NCBI GenBank assembly: GCA_964447495.1
Contig: CAYUTF010000029.1
Coordinates: 1-27,919, forward strand
DNA length: 27,919 bases
DNA from: an uncultured archaeon
Lineage (GTDB): Archaea > Asgardarchaeota > Lokiarchaeia > Sigyniarchaeales > SOKP01
Direction of reading: 5' to 3'
How positions within the stretch are numbered: position 1 is the first letter of the stretch; every line of letters begins with the position of its first letter. Positions 9,631-18,272 of this stretch are shown piece by piece. The translations under genes were made by a program, and so were the position numbers. The notes under the pieces were generated by a model. The model was not told the origin of the DNA. It searched no databases and saw only the letters and a list, made by a program, of their open reading frames with translations.

Positions 9631-9840
9631 CTAAATTCTTTCTTTCATATTTCTTTTGCTTATAATTATTATTAAATTGCATATATAAAAATTTTATATT
9701 TCTCTCTTCTCTGAAATCTACTTTTTTCTTAAAGATTCATACTAATTTAAAGATTTATATAGAATTAGGATTATTTAGATTTAATCAAAATTCAAATTAA
9801 TAATTGCTTAAATTATTTGAATAATAAAGAGAAAAAGAAA

Positions 9841-12066
9841 TTATTCCTTATGTGCTTTGAGCTTTACTGTTAAATCGCGTGCTCTCTTAGAATACCAGAT
9901 CAAAAGCTCACCAGCATCTTCAGGCTTGAAATACTCGCCACCGCATAATTGTGCTGCGCGGGTCATTAACTCATCATCAGGGTTTCCCAAACCAACTATA
10001 TATATTACGACATTTGGGTTATCTGCGAACATTTTTATTGCTTTAAAGAAATCGTCTCCATCGGTTGGAACACCATCGGTAAGAAGGATTATCATAGATG
10101 GTTGATTTGGACTAATTCTATTAAACTCTGTAAGAACTTGATATGCCTTTACCATAGCTTGTCCCATATTCGTAGATTGGCCATACGCATTTCCTATACG
10201 ATCTACAATTAAACGAGCAGCTTCTTCAAGAACACCTTTTTTACCGCTAGCAGAATCCATATAGTAGCCTTCTTGAAACGGTAATATTTGAGCTTCATCG
10301 GCAAACCGTATAACGGACACTTTCTCACCAAATCCACGGCCAACTTTTTCACTTAGAAAGAGCACTGCTGCAAATGCCGCAGAAATTCTCCGCGGAATAT
10401 TGATACCTGCTTTAAAATTCTTTAGGAATTCTTGAATTTCTCGTGATTCCATTGCCGCTTTGATACCTTCTATAGCGGGAGCGATGTTGGTCACAAACAC
10501 ATCACGTGCCATCATCGAGCGGCTTATATCTATGATGAGAATTGCGTTAAATGGTATTAATCCTGTTGGTGTAAGATTTATTGTCGTATTCTCGGTGATT
10601 TGTGCGAGAATATCCCCTGTTAAATCGGGTGTTGTATTTAGAATTGAGCAAGCGATATTTACCGCATTCCATCGTAATTTGATTCCTTTGAAGATAATAT
10701 AATTCGAAAGCCATCCTTTCAATGAATCAACGTTCTGTCGCGCAGTGCTGATAATTTCCCACATATTTTCTCCCGAAATCGGATTAATTCCTAAAGACAC
10801 ACTTTGAAGGGGAATGATTGGTCGTAAGTTTTTATACACTTTTACTTCAAAACTACCAATACCAGAGGCTTCTAAAATCTCACTATCAATAATGATGGTA
10901 TTATTTGGAGCAGATTCAAGAATCTCTGCTTTAGCAGCACCGATTGCACCAGTAAGCTCATCTTCAAAAGCAAGTACATCATCTTGGTTAATCGAGAGCG
11001 TATATTGGGTACGTGGACTCACTAAACAATAACCTAGCAAATTTGGTTGCGACTGCACTTCCAGCATCATTTCAGAAGCTTTTTGAATGGGTGGTTCAGT
11101 TGAATAGACTACAATTTGTTGAGCTTGTATGTTTGTATCTTGTTTCGTATCGCGGCTCATTCTGATCTCAGTAGGGTTAATTAGAGCTTGGCTGACTCGA
11201 GCTGATCCTACTGATCGTGTGAGTGGATCCTCCCATGCTACAAGCAATCCAGGAGCAAGTCCTAATTGCTGAATTACAGTGCTACTGAGCTGAATCTTGC
11301 CACCTTCAATACCATTATCTACAATGGGATTTAAAATAATCCCTCCTTTTTGATTTTGAAGGGTATATATATCAATTTGATTTGAATAAGGTGTAGGTGA
11401 TGGAGCTTCTATCCCCATATCTTGACCTGGCATAGGTGGGACTTGTTGAGGAGGTGGTGTTGGAACCATTTGAGGCTGAGGTGTGGGTGAAGGTGGTCGA
11501 GGCATAGGAGTGACTTGTGGAATAGAGGCTTGGGTGGGTTTTGGTGCTGGTGGAGGCGTAGGCTGCGGCATTGGAGGCTGAAAAGGTTGAGATATAGGTG
11601 TTGGCTGAGTTGCTGGTTCGGGAGGTATTTGGGGAAGTGGTGCTGCTCTTGGTTGGGGCATGGGCCTAGAAGGTGCCATCTGAGGTGGAGGAGTAGGTAA
11701 AGGCGTTAAAGATGAATCTGTAGCAGAGCGAACTTGAGGCTGAGGTACTGGAACAGGGCGAGGTGATGGAACCTTTGGAATTTGAAGTTTAGGTGGAGCT
11801 AATCCAGTACTACTGACTGGACGAAGGATCAATTCTACTCCCGAAAATTCTAAGGCGTCCACAATATTCTTTGAGATTTGAGCAGCAAAATCTAACACCA
11901 TATTTGAAATTTCTACAACAGCATTAATTTTTTTAGCATTATCAGGATTTTCGACCTCAATGGAAGTGCCATTTGAAACATGTAATTTCGTTGCATTTTC
12001 TTGGCAGATTACTACTTTATTTGTAGAGCTTTCACTTACATCGACAAATATTTTTAATTCACTCAT
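9841..12066 (-). CDS. multidomain protein: Cdc48-N-like double-psi barrel, proline-rich linker, two more barrels + Cdc48 Nc-like subdomain, C-terminal vWA domain
   Basis: vWA MIDAS motif intact (AILIIDISRSM, STNMGQAM, IILLTDG, YIVGLG, CGGEYF). Three similar segments resemble the Cdc48/VAT N-terminal barrel (VVICQENATKLHVSNG, IQLSSTVIQQLGLAPG, CLVSPRTQYTLSINQD). About 140 aa P/Q-rich tract. Confidence 0.8.
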   Translation of the reverse strand: MSELKIFVDVSESSTNKVVICQENATKLHVSNGTSIEVENPDNAKKINAVVEISNMVLDFAAQISKNIVDALEFSGVELILRPVSSTGLAPPKLQIPKVPSPRPVPVPQPQVRSATDSSLTPLPTPPPQMAPSRPMPQPRAAPLPQIPPEPATQPTPISQPFQPPMPQPTPPPAPKPTQASIPQVTPMPRPPSPTPQPQMVPTPPPQQVPPMPGQDMGIEAPSPTPYSNQIDIYTLQNQKGGIILNPIVDNGIEGGKIQLSSTVIQQLGLAPGLLVAWEDPLTRSVGSARVSQALINPTEIRMSRDTKQDTNIQAQQIVVYSTEPPIQKASEMMLEVQSQPNLLGYCLVSPRTQYTLSINQDDVLAFEDELTGAIGAAKAEILESAPNNTIIIDSEILEASGIGSFEVKVYKNLRPIIPLQSVSLGINPISGENMWEIISTARQNVDSLKGWLSNYIIFKGIKLRWNAVNIACSILNTTPDLTGDILAQITENTTINLTPTGLIPFNAILIIDISRSMMARDVFVTNIAPAIEGIKAAMESREIQEFLKNFKAGINIPRRISAAFAAVLFLSEKVGRGFGEKVSVIRFADEAQILPFQEGYYMDSASGKKGVLEEAARLIVDRIGNAYGQSTNMGQAMVKAYQVLTEFNRISPNQPSMIILLTDGVPTDGDDFFKAIKMFADNPNVVIYIVGLGNPDDELMTRAAQLCGGEYFKPEDAGELLIWYSKRARDLTVKLKAHKE

Positions 12067-12107
12067 ATTTCATCTCCTAATTATTTTTCTTAATTTTTAT
12101 CTACATT

Positions 12108-12497
12108 TTATCTAATAGGATAACGCACACCTATCTCTTTGGCATAATAGCGAAATACAGATACAATTTTCCCTAAATCTTCGGTTTTTCTGCTTGCCCC
12201 CATCAGAAAAAAGCGTCCTGCGGCACTCAGAATAATAAATGCATTATCTCCTCTTAATACTACTTCAAGTAAATTAAGATATCCTAATGCATCAATAGAA
12301 TCTTGACCACTCTGCATTACAACAGCACTTAGGCTGGAGAATAAATCGGGGTCCACATCATAATCTGGTATGCATGAAAATGCAAGTCGCAAGCCATCAC
12401 GTGTTACAAGAGCAAGAGCCTCGAGTTCTGTGTGCTCTGTGATGTTTCCAAGAAAATTTGATAGACTATGGGCTTCCTCTGGGGTTAGATCACTCAT
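12108..12497 (-). CDS. roadblock/LC7 (MglB-like) domain protein
   Basis: Helix, then LEALALVTRDGLRLA, DPDLFSSLSA helix, LLEVVLRGDNAFIILSAAG, and DLGKI terminal helix. Typical roadblock pattern, 129 aa. Confidence 0.88.
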   Translation of the reverse strand: MSDLTPEEAHSLSNFLGNITEHTELEALALVTRDGLRLAFSCIPDYDVDPDLFSSLSAVVMQSGQDSIDALGYLNLLEVVLRGDNAFIILSAAGRFFLMGASRKTEDLGKIVSVFRYYAKEIGVRYPIR

Positions 12498-12684
12498 AAA
12501 GATTTCAGAATTTGCTATTTGATAATGAAAATTTTTATTTAATTAATAATAAATAAAAGTTTCATGCTTAAAAATTTATATTTCAACAATGATTTAACTG
12601 TATTGGGAGAGTAAAAGATCTTGAAATAAAATAATGCTTTAGATAAAGAGTAATAAATGAGGGTACTACCTAAAAAAGTATTAG

Positions 12685-13542
12685 TTATTTTCCCTCTAAT
12701 TGAGTTTTTATTTGATCTTTTAAAATTTCTTTTTTCGATTTATATTCGATTTTGGCATCGGTTGGTTGTCCAATACGTTTTAAAAATTCTATTGCTAGAA
12801 TTTTACCATTTTCTGACAAAATCCGTGGAGAATAATCTTCAGCAAAATAAATTCCTTCAGGGACAGAACCGACTTTAGATATTTCTTTGGTGACTTGTTT
12901 TTCTCCTAAAAAGGTTTGCACTTTTTCAACTACAGAATAAGCATGATTTCCAATAATTATTAACTCTCTCTCGAAACCATCAGGCATTTTAATTTCTTCT
13001 AACTTCTGCATGATCTCTTCAAAATTTATATGCGTTTGATCTTGCATTAAAGTTGAAAATGACTCATCTCCTCGGTATAACGGACCAGTATTTTGAGAAA
13101 TTCTATCTTTACTTCCCGCAATATTCATTCCTGCTGCTGGTTCTGGAATTCCAAAAGGATCTTTTTCCCTAAGAGGGTGCACGGCAGGAACAGGAGGGCC
13201 TTTAGGTTTTGCAGGTGCTTCATGAGCTTTAATTTCTTTTGCAATACCGCTTTCTGTTTTTCCACCTATTAATTTAATAAAATCGGGGTCTTCATCTCCC
13301 TCATCTTGGGGGACAACTGCGTAATGCATTCCAACCTGACCTCTAATTTCTTGGCTTCTTTTGGCTCCAATAAATTTAGATCTCACGTTACTTTCCAAAC
13401 CTTTCCAAAGAAAAACCTTTCTTAACTCATCAGCGACGAGTACATAGCATTCATCACTTTTTAATACATCTTTAATAGAACCTTCTGAAAACACTTCTGT
13501 GGTCGTTCCATCTGGATTAATAAGAAAAACTTGATTTCCCAT
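12685..13542 (-). CDS. single gelsolin-domain protein with Pro-rich linker and C-terminal domain of unknown function
   Basis: LKSDECYVL...KVFLWKGLES...QDEGDEDPDFIKLIGG matches the gelsolin repeat consensus (L.S.DCFIL..IYVW.G..S...EG.E...F). Confidence 0.9.
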   Translation of the reverse strand: MGNQVFLINPDGTTTEVFSEGSIKDVLKSDECYVLVADELRKVFLWKGLESNVRSKFIGAKRSQEIRGQVGMHYAVVPQDEGDEDPDFIKLIGGKTESGIAKEIKAHEAPAKPKGPPVPAVHPLREKDPFGIPEPAAGMNIAGSKDRISQNTGPLYRGDESFSTLMQDQTHINFEEIMQKLEEIKMPDGFERELIIIGNHAYSVVEKVQTFLGEKQVTKEISKVGSVPEGIYFAEDYSPRILSENGKILAIEFLKRIGQPTDAKIEYKSKKEILKDQIKTQLEGK

Positions 13543-13696
13543 TTATGTCCTCAACCTTTAATTTTCTCAGTAATAATAATGAAGATAATTTTATACTAAT
13601 ATAATAAGTTCGAAATTAATAAATTTTTATCTAGAAAAATAATTTGTTCTAATTAGTTCTAGTATGGTGAATAAATTTAATATTCAAAAAGAAACT

Positions 13697-15268
13697 TTAA
13701 TAATTTTTTAGCTCTAAAAGGCTGTTATTGATATTTTGAATCATATCAAGTGCTGTAAAGCGAAGTCCAAGATTTTCTTTGCAGTATTCTCCAATATATC
13801 CATTTAAGAAGGCAGCAGAGCATGCAGATTGAAATGGATTATTACCTATCGTTAAAAAGCAACCACACAACCCCGCTAGAACATCACCTGTTCCTCCTAT
13901 TGACATTTCAGGACAACCTGTCTTGTTAATCTTCAAATATTTCCCGTTGCTTATATAATCATATGGTCCTTTCACAAGAAGAGTAAGCGATAATTTCTTT
14001 GCTACTTCATGCACGATTTTACCTGTTTCTTGAATTTTAGAATAATCTGGTAGATCGATATCTGTCATGATCTTAAATTCTCCATGATGGGGAGTTAGTA
14101 TCACATTCTTACCTTTTATTAAATCAAAATGATTTTTGATAAGTTTTAATCCATCAGCATCAATAACCAGGGATTTTTCTTTATTTTTCCAATTACTTAG
14201 TAAATCAAGAAATAATTTTTCCGTTTCTTTATTCGTTCCCATCCCCGGACCAATAACCACAGTATTAGCCCATTCAGTTAACTCTAATATTTCTGATTCA
14301 GCATCTAAATTTAACCAATCTCCCGCACTTGTTCTTACAATCATGTTTGGAGAGTAACTCCGCAATACATTTCCAATGACATCTGGAGTATATGTAATAA
14401 CCAAATCACATCCAAAGTTGATCCCTGTAAGGGAAGAATATGCTGGAGCTCCTGAGTAATTTTTAGATCCTCCGATTACTAAAAGTCTCCCAAATTGTCC
14501 TTTATGATTATCAATTTTCCTAACTTTTAAGCACGGGAGTAAATCACCCTTTCCGACAAATAGATGCGCTTCTTGTGGTATTCCTATGGATGTAACGACT
14601 ATCTCTTTGATATATTTACTTTTTTTTTCCATTCCTTTCTTTTGGCGATGGAACGTTATAACTAAATCAGATATTATTGTTTTATGCGAGACTCTCCCCG
14701 TATTTGGATCAAAACCTGAAGGAACATCAATTGAGACAATTTTTAATCGATCAGGCCACACTTCTTTTAGATCATTTATTAAGTCAATAGTAGATGAGAT
14801 TGGCTCCCGAATTTGTCCCTTTATCCCAGTCCCTAATAACCCATCTATGATCAAATTGTAGCTATCATCATTCTCGAGAATTAATTTAATATTAGGCAAT
14901 TCACTGGAATCAGTAATAACCTCAGTTAGAATTGAGTAATTCAAATTATTATGGATAATATCCCAATTAAGTTGTGCTTCTGGAGTTCGTATCTTATCCG
15001 GACTTCCAACTAAGATAACGAGAATCTGAAATCCATATGCGGATAGATGTCTTGCAATGACAAAACCATCCCCCCCATTATTACCAGTTCCACAAAAGAT
15101 GGCAATTTTGAAATTTTGTTTGACAAATCCTTTTGAAATGAGTTCTGATGTAAATGAATATCCTGCACATTCCATTAAATGACTTTTTGGAATTCCAAGC
15201 CATTCCGAATTATTGTCTAATATAGCCATCTCTTCTGAAGTTATTCCTTTTGAATTAAAATCTTCCAT
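13697..15268 (-). CDS. nnr: bifunctional NAD(P)H-hydrate epimerase/dehydratase (NnrE-NnrD)
   Basis: LMECAG, CGTGNNGGDG, IIDGLLGTG and SIDVPSG (YjeF_N domain). HKGQFG, GPGMG, VIDADG, ILTPHHGE and GGTGDVLAG (dehydratase domain). Confidence 0.96.
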   Translation of the reverse strand: MEDFNSKGITSEEMAILDNNSEWLGIPKSHLMECAGYSFTSELISKGFVKQNFKIAIFCGTGNNGGDGFVIARHLSAYGFQILVILVGSPDKIRTPEAQLNWDIIHNNLNYSILTEVITDSSELPNIKLILENDDSYNLIIDGLLGTGIKGQIREPISSTIDLINDLKEVWPDRLKIVSIDVPSGFDPNTGRVSHKTIISDLVITFHRQKKGMEKKSKYIKEIVVTSIGIPQEAHLFVGKGDLLPCLKVRKIDNHKGQFGRLLVIGGSKNYSGAPAYSSLTGINFGCDLVITYTPDVIGNVLRSYSPNMIVRTSAGDWLNLDAESEILELTEWANTVVIGPGMGTNKETEKLFLDLLSNWKNKEKSLVIDADGLKLIKNHFDLIKGKNVILTPHHGEFKIMTDIDLPDYSKIQETGKIVHEVAKKLSLTLLVKGPYDYISNGKYLKINKTGCPEMSIGGTGDVLAGLCGCFLTIGNNPFQSACSAAFLNGYIGEYCKENLGLRFTALDMIQNINNSLLELKNY

Positions 15269-15351
15269 ATTAATATTATTTAAGAAGGTGAACTAAAAAA
15301 CATTTTAGGTCAGAATGATAATGTTATTACAATAAATAAAGAAATTAATTT

Positions 15352-16152
15352 ATGACTATGCATGAACATCGAGTCGTGTTGGTAACGGGAAGTACTCAAG
15401 GAATAGGGAAAGCTGCAATCTTAGAATTAGCAAAGATAGACTTTTCTGTAATAGTAAATGGCGCGTCCACCCAAAATTTACCACAAGATTACTTTAATAC
15501 TCTAAAAGAAATTTATGGCAATAATTTGGATGAGAGATTTCTATATATTCAAGCTGATATAAGTAAAAAAGCAGATCGTCAAAAATTATTGGAAAAAACA
15601 AAGAACAAATTTGGAAGGATCGATGTTTTAGTTAATAATGCTGGAGTTGCCCCTAAAGTTCGACAAGATATTTTGAAAGCTTCTGAAGAATCTTATGATC
15701 GGGTTCTTGCTGTTAATCTTAAAGGACCATTTTTTCTTTCCCAGATTTTTTCAAATTGGATGATTGAATTAAAGACTAGTCTAAATGATGAATACTCGCC
15801 TTATATCATTAATATTTCATCAATCAATAGATACACCTCATCAACGAATAGGGGAGAGTATTGTATCTCCAAGGCAGGGATACATATGATGACCAAATTA
15901 TACGCTGATAGGTTAGCTGAATATGGAATTCCCGTTTTTGAAATTTCTCCAGGTATAATTGAGACAGCAATGACTGAAAAAGTCCATCTAAAATATGATA
16001 AATTAATAGAGGGAGGTTTTACTCCCATAAATAGATGGGGAAAACCTCTTGATATCGCGAAACCTATTATTGCGATAGTTAACGGGCTGCTTCCTTTCTC
16101 GACGGGAACTGTTATCGATATTGACGGGGGTTTCCACTTACATCGTCTTTAG
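15352..16152 (+). CDS. short-chain dehydrogenase/reductase (3-ketoacyl-ACP reductase-like subfamily)
   Basis: TGSTQGIG, NNAG, NISS, catalytic YCISK, PGIIET and DGG. Confidence 0.93.
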   Translation: MTMHEHRVVLVTGSTQGIGKAAILELAKIDFSVIVNGASTQNLPQDYFNTLKEIYGNNLDERFLYIQADISKKADRQKLLEKTKNKFGRIDVLVNNAGVAPKVRQDILKASEESYDRVLAVNLKGPFFLSQIFSNWMIELKTSLNDEYSPYIINISSINRYTSSTNRGEYCISKAGIHMMTKLYADRLAEYGIPVFEISPGIIETAMTEKVHLKYDKLIEGGFTPINRWGKPLDIAKPIIAIVNGLLPFSTGTVIDIDGGFHLHRL

Positions 16153-16164
16153 GAAGGGATCTTA

Positions 16165-18201
16165 ATGAATAAGAATAAAATTGATAATTTTTTTAAAAAT
16201 CTAAAAATACAAGAATACAATACGGTAATTATTGGCTCTGGAGCAGCGGGGTTAAATGCGGCAATTCATTTAAGCGAAGAGGGGATATCAACTTCCGATA
16301 TTGCAATAATTACCGAGCGATTAGGCGGAGGAACATCGTTTAACGCAGGATCAGATAAACAAACATATTATAAATTATCTATAATTGGGGATGAACGAGA
16401 CTCCCCATATGAAATGGCAGTGGATCTTTTCAAGGGAGGTGCTATGCATGGAGATATTGCCTTAGTTGAAGCGACAAACTCAATAAGGGAGTTTTTTCAT
16501 TTAGTTAATTTAGGAGTTAAGTTTCCACATGATAGGTATGGAGGTTTTGTAGGATATAAAACAGATAACGATCCAAGACAACGAGCAACATCCATTGGTC
16601 CATTCACTTCCAGAGAGATGGGGAAATGCCTTTTAGCTGAGGTTAGAAGAAGAGAGATCAAAATTTTCGATAAACTTTATGGGATAAAAATTTTAGTGAA
16701 CCATTACGAATTAATACCTTACGTTTTGGGAGTATTATGTATCAATGTTGATTCATTAACTAATGCTAAAGATATAGAAACTATTCTGGGTTCATTTACC
16801 CTTTTCAAATCTAATAATGTCATACTTGCAACTGGGGGACCAGCTATGATTTATAAGAATACTGTTTATCCTGAATCCCAGTTTGGCTCCACATCTCTAG
16901 CAATTGAAGCGGGATGTGTCTTGCAAAATCTTACTGAATCTCAGTTTGGAATAGCATCAATAAAATTCCGATGGAATGTATCAGGTTCCTACCAACAAGT
17001 AATACCTCGCTACTATTCAATTGATAGTGAGGGAAACGAATATGAATTTCTCAATCAATATTTTCCCGATTTCAATGCATTATCTAAAGCCATCTTCTTG
17101 AAAGGCTATGAATGGCCATTTAGTTCAGAAAGAATAGTGGATAATGGATCCTCATTAATTGATCTTGCGGTATATTACGAAACTGAACAATTAAATCGAA
17201 AAGTTCTTTTAGATTACACTAAAAATCCTGAAGGATATCAAGAAGCCAACTTACATCCTTTAGTGAATGAATATCTTGAAAAGTCAGAAGCGAAAGGAGC
17301 TATACCAATTATACGATTGAGAAAGATGAATGAAAAGGCTTACGCTCTTTATCGAGAAAATGGAATTGATATTGCTAAAGAACCTTTAGAAATTGCTCTT
17401 TGTAATCAACATCTTAATGGAGGTGTTTCTGGTGATATATGGTGGGAATCGAGTGTAAAGAGGCTATTCGCTATAGGTGAAGTGAATGGAAGCCACGGGA
17501 TTCATAGACCAGGCGGTTCTGCTCTCAACTCAGGTCAAGTAGGAGGATTAAGAGCAGCTCAGAAAATCGCTAATAGATATTCTCAGAAACTTGGAATGAC
17601 CCATGAGGCATTTCTAAAGTTAATTCGGAATGACCTTATTAATTATATTGAGATATTTGAGAAATTAATTGGAAATGTAAATAAGTCCGCTATAAATCTC
17701 AAATCTTTTGATACTATTTTAAATACAATTAAATATAGAACCTCAAATTATGGTACTATTATACGAAAGATGGAAGGACTTGAAAATGAAATCCAAAATA
17801 TTCAACAAGAGCTAATAAATCTTTCAGATATTTTACTTATTGAGAAAAACATTGACATTATTAATTTCTTCCGTTTGAAAGATGCACTAATTACTCAATG
17901 GTGTATTTTCAGAGCAATTTTTAATTATCATGAGCTAAGCGGAGGTAGCAGGGGTTCATATCTTATATTACGTGATTTTGTTAATGACGTTTTTAATGAG
18001 GTTTACAATGATCTCCCTTATAATTTAAACCATTTCAATTATATTACGAACGACTTGGACTTTTCGGATGAAATTCAGACTATTAAATATGAGAAAAATA
18101 TGATTAAAGTAGAATGGGTGAAAAGAAGGAAAATTCCACGTAATTTTGGTTGGTTTGAAACTACTTGGAAAAAGTATGACAACCGTGAAATATATTCGTA
18201 A
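16165..18201 (+). CDS. FAD-binding oxidoreductase of the succinate dehydrogenase/fumarate reductase flavoprotein superfamily
   Basis: IIGSGAAG, LATGG, QHLNGG, LFAIGE, HGIHRPGGSAL and SRGS. Starts 12 nt after the SDR stop codon. Confidence 0.88.
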   Translation: MNKNKIDNFFKNLKIQEYNTVIIGSGAAGLNAAIHLSEEGISTSDIAIITERLGGGTSFNAGSDKQTYYKLSIIGDERDSPYEMAVDLFKGGAMHGDIALVEATNSIREFFHLVNLGVKFPHDRYGGFVGYKTDNDPRQRATSIGPFTSREMGKCLLAEVRRREIKIFDKLYGIKILVNHYELIPYVLGVLCINVDSLTNAKDIETILGSFTLFKSNNVILATGGPAMIYKNTVYPESQFGSTSLAIEAGCVLQNLTESQFGIASIKFRWNVSGSYQQVIPRYYSIDSEGNEYEFLNQYFPDFNALSKAIFLKGYEWPFSSERIVDNGSSLIDLAVYYETEQLNRKVLLDYTKNPEGYQEANLHPLVNEYLEKSEAKGAIPIIRLRKMNEKAYALYRENGIDIAKEPLEIALCNQHLNGGVSGDIWWESSVKRLFAIGEVNGSHGIHRPGGSALNSGQVGGLRAAQKIANRYSQKLGMTHEAFLKLIRNDLINYIEIFEKLIGNVNKSAINLKSFDTILNTIKYRTSNYGTIIRKMEGLENEIQNIQQELINLSDILLIEKNIDIINFFRLKDALITQWCIFRAIFNYHELSGGSRGSYLILRDFVNDVFNEVYNDLPYNLNHFNYITNDLDFSDEIQTIKYEKNMIKVEWVKRRKIPRNFGWFETTWKKYDNREIYS

Positions 18202-18272
18202 AAAGCATTATAAACCTTTAATACTAATCTATATTACATCTACTCAAAAAATTATTCTTTTATGGGATATTA

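Noticed and set aside
12108-12497. Profilin call for the 129-aa protein (tempting next to actin and a Pro-rich protein)
   Set aside because: The pattern (LVTRDG, D..LFSSLSA helix, EVVLRG, DLGKI) fits roadblock/MglB better than profilin.
12685-12740. WH2-like motif at the gelsolin protein C-terminus (KKEILKDQIKTQLEGK)
   Set aside because: No LKKT/LRRV-type element; the similarity is too weak.
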